From positions 30,814,001-30,878,000 of the forward strand of contig NC_045138.2 of assembly GCF_008831285.2 (NCBI RefSeq): a DNA stretch of 64,000 bases. Direction: 5' to 3'. Below, piece after piece: positions 11,324 to 23,256 of the stretch. Made by a program: the position numbers and the translations under genes. Within the stretch, counting starts at the first letter, position 1. Every line of letters begins with the position of its first letter. The notes beneath the pieces were generated by a model. The model saw only the letters and a program-made list of their open reading frames with translations. It did no database searches and had not been told where the DNA came from. The DNA is from Nymphaea colorata. Lineage: Eukaryota.

Positions 11324-13272
11324 CCAATAGCATTAGTACGAGACGCGCCAATTGACATGATTGGATTAAACGTTTTTAAAGTTAAAAATGTCAGCTGTCA
11401 TTTAATCTTTATTAATAACGTGTATATGCATTGCAGGCATTAGAGACAAACATGAGACGTCCGCATGAAGATGAGCATCAGCGGCCGTAGACAATCCAAA
11501 CAGAAAAGAATGGACAACTTTTATTAAATAACTGGACAAGTTTCATTATTTTGCCTTTATAGCTTCTAGGCACGTGATGGGCTCAGGCGAAGAACACCAT
11601 TGGCCGTTCACTCTTCTTTCACAGCTCTGTTCATGCTATAAATGGCCGCTGTGGTTCCCTGCCATCCTCAGCAGGCCCACGTACAGCAACAGCATCATGG
11701 ATGTATAGTTCAAATAATCTTAGCAACGGAATCGGGTTAACACAAAGGCTTTCAGGAACGGCTACAATCGGTCTTCATCGGATCTGATCTTGAATCTCAG
11801 ACAAATTTCTAGTCAAGATTTGATTTTGGTATCTCTAGAATTGGACCGAAGAAATCTGGCTTTTGTTGGTGGGCCTACATGTTTCTGGTAATAGCTAAGT
11901 ACTACAAAGAACAGGCGAAAAAATATTGGAAAATATTTTTCCATCTTCTCACATTCTGCAGAATGTCTACTACTTTGCTTAAGAAATATATATCAAACCA
12001 TGGCTCCTCCTTGCCTTTGTGCATGTGTCGGCGAAGTGATTCTGGTGATTTGTAACGATAGGCTCATTAGGTTTGTTTTTGGAAAGATGTAACAACAATG
12101 AGACCGGCAAGTTCTCTAACTGTTTGGCTGCTCAGCATTTATGAAAGTCCGGGTTTGTGTTCCAGTGAGTTGGTATTGGCTGCTACCAGATATAGTTTTG
12201 CCCTTTTTAAAAATTTTCGGTAGTAAAAGAAGTAAATCAGCGTAATTTTCCATTTTAAGAGGAAAATGGAAGGACCCTTCGTCTACTTGAAGACGCTAAG
12301 TACGCGAAATTTTCACATGGTCGAGTTGTCTCTGAACATTCAAAAATTATTATATCATAAAAAGTGAGTCCTAAGTCTGAGTGAATGTTAAGAAGATAAT
12401 GATAATGAAGATGTGTGTGTGTGAGAGAGAGAGAGAGAGAGCACAAGGCCTATGGACATGCACTGATTCATTGCTTAGGCCTACAAATAATCGGAATGTA
12501 TATCATTTTCTTGTGTGCATCCCCATGCACTTCATATCTTATCCCCAAAACACGCCTTCAGCTATGGTGCTATAAAAAGGCTGAAACCCTGCTCCTATGG
12601 TTCAAGTCTGCTTCAAAACCTGAGTAAGGAATGAGACACCCATCAACTAAGATCACACATTCACTATTTACAATTCATAAAAGTAGCAACCACACAAATC
12701 AAATTGACAATCAGTTGTTCACAGCTCTGTCAATCTAACTAGCTACGCTATGCCCCTTGAGGCTCCCTTCCAAGTTTGGAATCACCGCTGTTGCCAAAAC
12801 ATTCCATTATAAATAATGAAAGTAAGGGTGCCACTCAAGCCTTGGCGTGATATTTGGCACCATCTTGAATAGATAGTAGTTGACAAGAACATAAAACAAA
12901 AAGACAATCAAGTTCTCTTTTTTCACATGGCCAAAACTACCAGAATAACAAGAGGAGCTTCCAAACAGCTTGTGGGGTTTACAACTTCATAAAATTGAAT
13001 GCTGTCCCAAACAAAGCTCAAATCTGCTCTGTATTTGCTGGACAACTACTCTGCGATAGACATGAGATGGTTGGTAGCTCGCTTGGATGCTTATTGCCAG
13101 CAGGGAAAGTGAATAGCTTTGTTCTTTGAACACAGAGATAAGAAAATGACAACTTGATCTAATGCAAAGATTTACACGCATAGGCAGAAGAAGATGGCTG
13201 AAAGGGCTTCGAGTTCCACCACATTGATCCAGAATTATTAAATATCGAAAACAAAGGGGCTTAGAGTCTCAG

Positions 13273-13335
<63 letters not shown>

Positions 13336-13650
13336 TTGGGGGGGGGGGATGGAGACTAAAGATATACCAATATAGAAGAATATAATTTCAATCAATAGCA
13401 AGACTGGGTAAGTGGCATACTGGTACACATCCGTAGTCAAAAAAACAAAATCAGAAGCAACATAGTCATTTTTGAAAGATACAAAAATCATGTACATTCA
13501 CGAGACATTGGCTAACTAAATTCACTAGTGCCAAACTCGTGCTAACTTGCCAAAATAAGGAAGTCTCCAGAGATTTACCGGCAGGAAAAGCCATGTCATC
13601 CCCAGCAAAATAAACAAGAGATGCTCTCATTCTCACCTGTATACGTTTTA

Positions 13651-16600
13651 TTACTTTGGGGCAAATACTGCCTGAGCTGACATGATTATGCCCACAATAA
13701 CTCCAAACAACCCAAGAGCACTACCAAAGATTTCAATCACCAATATCTTCACAAATAGTGATGAATTTTGAGCATCAGCCAGTGCACAACTGCTGCCGAT
13801 TATTCCCACGCAGACCCTGTTGCAAAGGAAGTATTCAACTATCTGAGGTGCCTGAAGACCTAACGAATCTCCAGAGCAAGAAGAGAAATACATACCCACA
13901 AACCAAGTTGGCAAAACCAACAATGATTCCAGATGCAAAGATGGCATATCCGGCTCTGAGTGAATCAGGGGAATATACTTTTGATGGTGGGACGCTCTCT
14001 AGTTTTGTTTGGAGAATGATTGCCACTATAACACCATAAATGGCGACAGCTTCACAAAAAATTACACTGAAAAAGATTATGACAAAACAAAGTCATCTGT
14101 AAGAATTCATAGTTAATGAAATACGTGTCTCAAGTAACTTCATAGGTGAGTAGGTCACCGAAGTAAGGAACAACAACCGCAATCACGATTCTTGATTAAA
14201 TGGATGCATCTACTAGAGAAAGAAGCAGATAAAAATTGAAACCACAATAAATATTTATGCTCAAGCTCAATAACTTATAGAAGGAAAGGCACAGTTGCTT
14301 TATAAACAGGCACCACACAAATAGATGCAACTGAAAAACCACATAAACGGTCTCCTAAAGCAACAAAACAATCTTGCATCAGCAAACTTAATTTGCAGAC
14401 ATGGAAAGCAAACCTCCTGTCTCTGTTAACCTTATTAAATTCCCACATTGAAATGAAGTTTTTCTGGTTGCGTCAAAAGGCAGGTGGGAAAATTGGGAAT
14501 CTTGACTCTCGGGCAAGATATATGACGAAGAGTAACCATTAAAAAATGGAGCATACTTCAAAGGAAACTGCAAAATAAATCTAAGAAAAGAGTCAAACAT
14601 TACAACATAAGATTGTCCCAGAAATGTATTTTCATCAAAAGGGTATCAATCATAAGATTGTGGCAATAAGCAAACAATTTTATGTAGAACCTACTAGGCA
14701 GCTTCCATCAAACTAACTGGACCCTTAAAGTAAGTGTCACATGAACACTAATCATCATATTTAACTAAAAAACAAAAACATATAAATGGAACTTCTCAAA
14801 TGACTCACAATTATATTACGTTGGTGTGAATTTTCTTGTAAAAAGGTTACCAACTTCTGATATTTCATGTCCCTAATGAGTCAATTCCGAATGGGAGCAC
14901 CTCTCTGCTGTCAAGAATAAGACATTCTTGTGCATCAGGTCAAAGGACGTTATTGCACCAGAGTCGGCGCATCCAGTGTAGCCTTGCCCAAACATGCCAA
15001 TGCCCTAGCTTTTCAATGATTAGCTTAATGAGCCTGTGCTGTTCTAGTGAAAATGCATAGGTTAAACACTTGTGCCAAGGGTGGTTTTAAGAAAATAAAT
15101 AAGTAAAGCCAAACAGACATAGTTTTTGTTGCATGTTTTGTTAAGAATAAACAGAAATCTTTTTCTTTAAAAGAATCGGTTAATACTAACTTAATAGTCA
15201 TCTTGTTGCGTTGTCAAATCCGCATTTTATTTTGTAATATCCCCAACACTAGAAATAGGGAAGGAAAAAGCCAAATAATTTCCATTACACACTAGAAACT
15301 CCTTTAACCTACAAGACATGGATATGGCTGTGCATATAGGGGCACACCCACATTTATGGAATTTCCAGGGCACCCACATGTGGAATATAGACAGGTTCCA
15401 AATGGAGCACCAACACAATATAGTCTCTAAGAAGGTGTAAGAAATTCTAGTCAATGTGATGTAAATTTGCCAGACTGCCCTACGAAAAACCCCTCTACAT
15501 GCAGTGAATGCAATAGGAGAAAAAAATAACACGAAAATAAATGGATATGGAGAACCAACAATTGCAGTTATATCAGGCATTTTGAAATATATTTTCATAT
15601 AGAAGCATCAATGTCAAAGAGGAAACATTCAAAGAAGCAAAGGATTTAATTCTAACATGATATCCACTCATAATTCAATGGCACAAACACCTAAATTTAT
15701 GTTCTAATGTTATGGCACATGAACACATAATTTTGATGACATTTGTATTTTGTTGAGTTTGACAACCTCTATGCAGTTGGTTTTCCAGTTTCCCACCTAA
15801 TTAAATTTAACAAAGCCTTCAAAGTCCACAATTTATTACAAGTGAAAGAAGAACTCATGGTTGGTTCTATAAGCTAAATGACAACATATTTGTGATTAGA
15901 GTCTCTAATCTCACTGTTGTTCACAGCATTGTTGTCCTAAAAATAATATCACCCACTTCTCAAAGTAGGAATAGTTCAAGCACTTTAAGAGTTGGTTTTA
16001 GAACTGAACCAACATTGCATGAGCAAACTAGAAGTCTAGAAGTATGTTTACCAAAGGACTACAATCATCAAAATTAGATAAATTTGTAAAGACAACTTTG
16101 TGTAATTAAGAATAATCAGAAATAAGAAGGCAAATGTAGGAACTGTTGCCAACTTCCATGTGTAACAGAATAATTTAACAAACTACTATTCTATTTTTCT
16201 CTTTGATGAACATTGATGCAACTAAATAAGTTGTTGTACAATAGCTGTTACAAGTGGACTTCAATAATAAGTTTCCTAAGGAACCATTGTATCTGTAGTA
16301 CCACTCTTGTTATAATAGTGGTGCTGGCGCATAGCGGCTGTATAAGCCAATCCACATTGTATGAGAAGGTCAACCATGACATGGGAGCCAATGTGGACCC
16401 CTTAAAAAATCACCCTACATGAGACCTATTCGGCCCCACATCTGCCAATAAAATTCTGCATTGGATGATATATAATGAAGAATTAATTAAAAATCAATTT
16501 AAAAATTTTCAATGATCTTTTAAGATCGACAGGGGCCAATACACATTTTTTTTTAAGGTTTTCACATGCGATGGAAGCAGAGATTACAACAGTTTGTTGT

Positions 16601-17960
16601 AGAACAATGAAAGTTGACATGACAAAGTAGCTATCCAAAGTCCAAACTACTTCAGAAACTTCATGGTCTTCAAGATACACCATATGCAAGGTTTATAGTG
16701 AACCAATGTGTCTTTTGCTTTCAGAAATGTTGTTCAGCCATGTTACTTGTCACATGGAGCTCGATTAAAAGATTACATTATGTGGTTCCTCAGGAAAACC
16801 GATGTATAAGCTACTCCAGGTTGCTTCAGTTCTCTATCTATTTTCTTGATGAACATTTTTTTGCTTAGACATTATTCTAAGTCTCTTTCCTCCTCATAAT
16901 TTTCTCTTTTCCATCTTTCAAATTACATACCACAGGTGCTAAAGTGTTAGTGTTTTGTATCCATGGAGCAAAGATGACTGATAAGTTTCACATAAAAGTA
17001 AAACGCGAAACTGCAAACATGATACTCAGAGTTCAACCATTAGCGTATCTCTTTTCCTTCTATTTAAACTACCGATGTATGATCAAGGTTTTTTCAGTTT
17101 ATGAAATCATTACTGAAATTCCATAACGTGGGGTCCAACTGTTTCCAAGAATCGGAACTCGACGGTCATTGATGCAATGGTCGTGACTTCGTATCTGGGG
17201 CCACATTTCCACTTGACAAAGTTTTACAGGAAAAAAAAGGTCATCTATTCCGCTGGCACTAGGATTTATCATGAAATATAAGGCAATAAATTCAAAATCC
17301 TACTCCTACGTTCCTCGCAGATATTTCTAAACAAGTAGGATCACACTGGATCGTGCATGCATGTCAGAGAAATCCGCTTCTTCGTATGTGCAAATTATAC
17401 AAAAACCAACTATTCAAATCTATCATGGTAGGAAAGCAGGGGAGGAAAACCATCGACTCAGATACTGCCCACATCACGCGTGCAATCCAAGGATTGACTA
17501 TCAGAAAAATAAATTCTTCCAGTCGCGGTTCCGAGATTCACAAAATGAAATTCTCTATCAGAAGAGGTGCGGAAATGAAGTTCCACTGCTTGACACAATA
17601 GACCAAACCCAAAAAGGGTTGAAAACAAAACGAAAAGCATAAAGTTAAGAGACCCTACCTAATTAGATTTTTGGAAGTGATCCGGGGAGCTTTGATGGCG
17701 GCTCCGATCAGACTGCTGCCGGTGATGTAAATTCCCCTTACATATTACAATTGACTAAATCAATAAATACCATAAAATCATCAAAATAAGGTGGAGATTT
17801 TGGAGACTTAACGCAAAAGTTGTTCTCACCAGGCGGCACCGAGTACAGAGACGCCAATAGCGACGGCGATGCCGATGGCGGAGAACGTGTAGGGAGAGAT
17901 CTTCACAAGAGCGCTCGACCACGAACTCGAATCGACAGCCATCGCGGCCGAAGAAGACAT
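13651..17960 (-). CDS. VHA-c'': V-type proton ATPase proteolipid subunit c'' (21 kDa, VMA16 type), 181 aa
   Basis: Exons 17960-17830, 17736-17659, 14066-13896 and 13816-13651 sum to 546 nt in frame: [91 protein letters not shown]...[26 protein letters not shown]. Confidence 0.96.
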
Positions 17961-20113
17961 TGGATCGTCGGAGTAGACAAGAGGGATCCCTAATACTTAT
18001 CCCCAACCCCCCAATTCCCAGATGGCCACCTTCCACCACTCACAAACAACACGAACGCTGGAATGTAAATGTTTACCAGGCGCGCTCCCTCTCTCTCTTC
18101 TCTCTCTCTCTCCCTCTTTGCGCCACTATTCTATTTTCCAGGTGCGGGTTCATCTAGTCCTAACCCGAAAAGATCCTGCGTCGTATACGAGGTGCAGAAA
18201 TCCTGCTTAAACAAACAGTGGGTGGATTTCAGGACGGTGCATTTTAAATACGGGGTATCATCGATCCGAAGAGTTTAGATCCATGGATTCGAGAATTAAG
18301 ATCCTCCCAAAAAATCACTCAGATCTGAAGTAAACATGGCCCAAGAAACAACCATCCATTCATTTACTGGATGAGTTTTATTGGGGTTAGATGGTTCAGA
18401 TCGCAGGGGTCATTTGGCGTCAGCCTTGGAAAAACGTTACAACTGTTGTTTTATAAATCTAGGTAAATTCATGAAAACGTTACAACTGTTGTTTTATAAA
18501 TGGAGGTAAATTCATGAAACATTCTTATAATGTTTCTGCTTCTAAACGATCTTATAATATCCACATCTAAGTTTGGTTAAGAAATTTCATTGGAGGTTGT
18601 ACATACATGTAATCTCATGTGGGCAGTGGGCCTAAACAATCGGATGAAAATTTACGCTTTTATAGACTGGCTGCTTCCAATAATTTGCTTATTCATCTAT
18701 TGGTGTCTCTCAATCATATGTTTAGTATTCTTCCATCATTTGACTATGTATTTGAAGGGTTTAAGATTTTGTTCAACTAATGCCCCTTGACTAAACATTT
18801 TTGGCTCCACCGCTGGTTATGGATACATTGGCATATGAGTCCAGGCTAAGGCTCACTTTTCTATGTATGATCTCGATTTTGAACCAGAACTTACATATAT
18901 GTTTTTCATCTCATAAGCCATATAAGCCGATATGCATTGGCATGTATCGGTTAGAATGAATCCTTCTTGATGTTTTATTATATATTTGCTGGTATAAGGC
19001 CGAATCGGCAAATATAGATCGCTTTAACCGGTACAGGCCTCGTCCCCACCGCTGTTCTAAGGGCTTGTCAATTGTCATTTGTTTTACCGGTGATCTGATG
19101 TGCATTGGTTGATATAAATAACATTGCTCTCGACATATCACCATGTTTTCAGTGATGCATTTTATGCTTGAATCACTTTGACTGCATGTAAGTAGCCATC
19201 TCAACTATCGATCAACGTTTATACATGCACCTCTTGAAATGCATTACACTTGCTTTGTATGCGTTTAAGCGGGGAGATTGAATGGTGCAGAAGAAATGTG
19301 AGACAGATATTCTATCTCAATCGTATGAGGTCTCATGACATCTTCCACCAAACTACAATAAAGATGCCTCCTTGGACCTGAAACAGCTCAACAGTCATGG
19401 TAATGGGCCAGTTGTAGTTTGACTTGTGTACCTTGATTTCTTCATGGCTTAACCGGAGTTCAGTTGGTTATGACGGATGCTATCGTGAACACTATAAGCT
19501 TCGAATCTGCAGTTGTTTAGCAGTCCAGGTGTGTACAGAGATGGTTGTGCACCCAAGAGTGCAAGAGGGAATGTGGGAGAAGGATAGTTGTTCCCAGGCC
19601 TATTGAGTGTGTCCCCTAGAAAGAGTGGACTATGCAGATATAAATATTCATGGCAAACGCAGTGGTCTTCTTGCAGGTTGTTACAAGTTTGAGTTGCAGA
19701 TCCTACTGTAGTATCTGACGTGTGATGCCCGTTAATTTCTGCCGCGGAAGAGATATGGAACGCAGAGGCTGCTGCTTTAACAACAGAATTTCACAGACAT
19801 GAACCTACACATCCGAACACAAGCCTGCTAAATCTCAGAACACAATTTTTAAGCAGGGTTTACTCGTTTGTACATTAAATTATGGTTTTCCAATGATTGA
19901 TTCAAAGTTTTTTTTCTTTTTCTTATTTAAAGGAGTGATATCATCAGTAGAATCAGAGTTTTTTCTTTTTTTTTTCTTTTTTTATGATCAGTAGATGAAA
20001 CAGTGGTCTGAGAGCCCAACCAAAGAATAACTTGTGTAACTTGTTCTGTAGGACCTAACGCAACTTGCTGATAACATACAGTGGTGAAGCATGGCAGGTT
20101 CTCTGCTCAAGAT

Positions 20114-21982
20114 TCAAATGCTTTCCAACAGTAAGAGGCTCCCTATGTTGTCTGCTACAGAATAGATCTCTTCTGTCTGTGGATGCAATGTATCCCCAGC
20201 AAGGAACACATGCACCGTGCCACTCACTTCAACAGAACTGCACCCAGGAATTTTCCCGATGCTGGTATCCTTCATTATTCTTCTTACCTTGTTCACATCT
20301 TCCCAGCGATTGGCTGCAGCATAGATATTTGAAAGGAGTGTATGTATTCCAGGATTACTTGAAGCAGACAGATTAAAGCGTTTCATGATACGCTCGCCCA
20401 TTTCAACATGGCCATGGATCCGGCAGGCACTGAGGAGAGAACCCCAAAGTGGCAAACAGTCTGAAGCATCGGGTATTTGCTCTATTAGTTGTTCTGCTTT
20501 AGCCAGTAAACCAGCTCGACCAAGAAGATCAACCATGCAACCATAATGCTCAACTTGGGGCTGAAAGCCATACTCATTCTTCATTAAATTGAAATATCTC
20601 TGACCCTCCTCGACCAGTCCTCCGTGGCTACATGCACTTAAGATGCCAATGAAGGCGATATCATCTGGTTTCAGTGCCACCCTTCTCATGTCTTCAAAGA
20701 ATTGAAGGGCTTTATGTGTTCGCCCATTCATGGCGAGCCCGCAGATCATTGCTGTCCATGCAGCTGCATCTTTCTGCTTAATTTTCCAGAAAACATCAAG
20801 AGATTTCTCTATGCACCCACACTTCGCATACATATCAAGCAGCGCTGTGCCTACAAAAGCATCTATCTTGATTCTGTTCTCCTCGATATATTTATGCAAC
20901 CATTCACCTTGCTCTAGTGCCCCTAGATGAGCACACACTGTAAGAACTGTAACAACTGTGAATTTATCTGGTTTGATTCTCAAAACCTGCATTCGTCGAA
21001 ACAGGTCCAGTGCCTCATTGAACCGACTGAACTTTGTATAGCCGTTGATCATAGCAGTCCATAAAATGACATCTCTCTCTAGGCATTCATCAAAGAGCTG
21101 CCTTGCATCATGAAGTCTGCCATGGCCGACATAACCAGCGATCATTGTGGTCCAGGAGATCATGTTTTTGCCATTCATTCTGTCAAAGATGATACGTGCT
21201 GAAAGAATGTTCCCACACTTGCAATACATGTCCATCAAAGCGTTGTCAAGAACAACACTTGAACCAATGTTCCAGTAGATATAGGAATGAATCCTCTTTC
21301 CCAAGTCCAGATCGCCCAGGCTACCACAAGCAGAAAGAGTGCTAAGCAAGGTCGCTTCGTCAGGCCTGATTCTTTCCTTCCCCATCCTTTCGAAAGCGTC
21401 CCTCGCATCAGTGGGCCTTCCAGCCTTGACATAGCTGCATATCAACACATTCCAAGAAACAACATCCCTCTCAGGCATTTCATCAAACACTTGAAGGCCT
21501 GAATTGAGTCTGCCCATTTCCGCGTACATGCCAACAAGTGCACTCCTGACAAAAGGATCTAGCAAAAACCCAGTCTTCATTATAGTTGCATGACACTTCT
21601 TCCCGTCTTCTACTGCCAGCAAGCCCCCAATCGCCTTGAGAACAAGTGGGTATGTGAAGTTATCAGGTACCAGTCCTTCTCCCAACAGCTTGGCATACAT
21701 TTTCAGTGCCTTACCAAAGCTGCCCACTTTGACGTAAGCTCTGATCATCACATTGAAGATGAAGAGCCATGGAGGATCGATTATTGAAGCAAGAAGCTCG
21801 GCGTAGCGCAAATTCTGTGGCTTTGAGATTGCACAGAAGGATATGAGCCTGCTGACTGCAATTTCGCTCTGGTGCAGTCCAGTTCTAAAGATCCGGCAAT
21901 GGATTTGCTTCAGTTCCTTGAGTGATTTGCAGTTTTGGAGAAGAGGAATGCATGATTTCTCGCTCATCCTGGCAGCAGCCAT
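20114..21982 (-). CDS. PLS-class pentatricopeptide repeat protein, E+ subclass (At1g31430/PCMP-E55-like organellar RNA-editing factor), 622 aa, intronless
   Basis: Single ORF with P/L/S repeats (DVVSWNVLI, DVILWTAMINGY, ALLDMYAKCGCIE), E domain HYGCMVDLLGRAG and PG box KIPGCSSVEV..F..GD..HPQ. It stops before the DYW HxE/CxxC motifs. An in-frame stop 9 codons upstream fixes the ATG. Confidence 0.95.
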   Translation of the reverse strand: MAAARMSEKSCIPLLQNCKSLKELKQIHCRIFRTGLHQSEIAVSRLISFCAISKPQNLRYAELLASIIDPPWLFIFNVMIRAYVKVGSFGKALKMYAKLLGEGLVPDNFTYPLVLKAIGGLLAVEDGKKCHATIMKTGFLLDPFVRSALVGMYAEMGRLNSGLQVFDEMPERDVVSWNVLICSYVKAGRPTDARDAFERMGKERIRPDEATLLSTLSACGSLGDLDLGKRIHSYIYWNIGSSVVLDNALMDMYCKCGNILSARIIFDRMNGKNMISWTTMIAGYVGHGRLHDARQLFDECLERDVILWTAMINGYTKFSRFNEALDLFRRMQVLRIKPDKFTVVTVLTVCAHLGALEQGEWLHKYIEENRIKIDAFVGTALLDMYAKCGCIEKSLDVFWKIKQKDAAAWTAMICGLAMNGRTHKALQFFEDMRRVALKPDDIAFIGILSACSHGGLVEEGQRYFNLMKNEYGFQPQVEHYGCMVDLLGRAGLLAKAEQLIEQIPDASDCLPLWGSLLSACRIHGHVEMGERIMKRFNLSASSNPGIHTLLSNIYAAANRWEDVNKVRRIMKDTSIGKIPGCSSVEVSGTVHVFLAGDTLHPQTEEIYSVADNIGSLLLLESI

Positions 21983-23256
21983 GGGGAAATAATTTTGGCT
22001 GCAGTCTCATTGGAAATTAGAAGAGGCTGGGCGGAAGTGGATGATTAGAGGCTCTGCTTGCCTATAAGATGCAAAAGAAACTGTACAATTTGATAAAAAA
22101 ATAATTTTCTGTTGGAGAAGAATTCTCCCGATTAAGCGTTGTAAGTAAAATTCTCCCAATTTCTATCTGACGTACAATTCTCCCAATTTCTTTGGTTTAC
22201 TTATAATCATCGTTTTAAGTTTCGTCTAAAGTTGAAGCCATCATGTCTCTGCCAAATTTTTGAGGCTCAGCGGTGAATGTTGTTATAGTTGCCCCTCTAA
22301 GTAAAACCTTGATTACTCTTCTGTTTTAAGTAATTAAGCATTTCATAAAGTGGGGTTCCCGCCTGGCAAGAAGCGAGCTCATGAGAATGCGTCAGCCATC
22401 GGAGCAGATGGGTTGCTACGTGAAAAATTTACTCATTAATTAAGTTCTTATATTCTTTAAGATATTTTTAATGTGACAACTTAAAAATCTATGATCAAAA
22501 TTTTGATTGGACTTCAAATGGTTTTCATATTTGTAATGTTATCTTTGTAACATAAATGATTAAAAATTAAATTTAGAACCCAAGTGATGATATGATACTT
22601 GGCTCAGCCTATAATTCAACTTAGTAGCTGTGTGAATTCCCCTCCTGGGTAGCTTGAGATCCACCTGAGTAACTTAAAATCTAATGGCATTCAGGTAAGA
22701 CCTTGAATTGCGACATCAATTTTTACAACTGCAGCTGGCCATGAAAAGATAAACGAGAGGATATGTTTGCCTTAGGATTTAAAATATTGACATGAATCAT
22801 GAAGAAAGCAAGTTAGAGAAAAATTCGGGAAAAACGACTACAAATTTTAAAAATTGATAGATAGTAAATGTGTCGAGCGCGAGGAAGCTAATCAAATTGA
22901 ACGTCAGATAGAAATCAAATCCAGTGCAATAGAAAACAAGAAGATTCTAAAAAAACAGAGGAGAGATGGTTTGGCATGAGTGGAAAATTATTACCTTTTC
23001 ATCTCGTAAGGTTCTTACTAACATAAGAGCAACGGTAACGCATGTAAAGAGTTGCAGCGGCCGGCCGTCATGATCTTTGATCAAGTTTCGCGGAACCGGA
23101 TCGAATCTTTGCAGAAGCCTTTCATCCGTCTACTTTGGATTAAAAAAACTGCACGAATTATGCTTATTGGCATGTGAAGCGGGATGGTGTTGTTATTTCC
23201 CACTCTAATGGTGTAAGAGACCACTCTGAGAGAGGGAGAGAGGGAGAGAGAGATTC

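Noticed and set aside
20065..21787. Plus-strand ORFs overlapping the PPR gene (likewise antisense ORFs in NTT, NRL and ECB2)
   Set aside because: Shadow ORFs of real coding sequence with no independent motifs.
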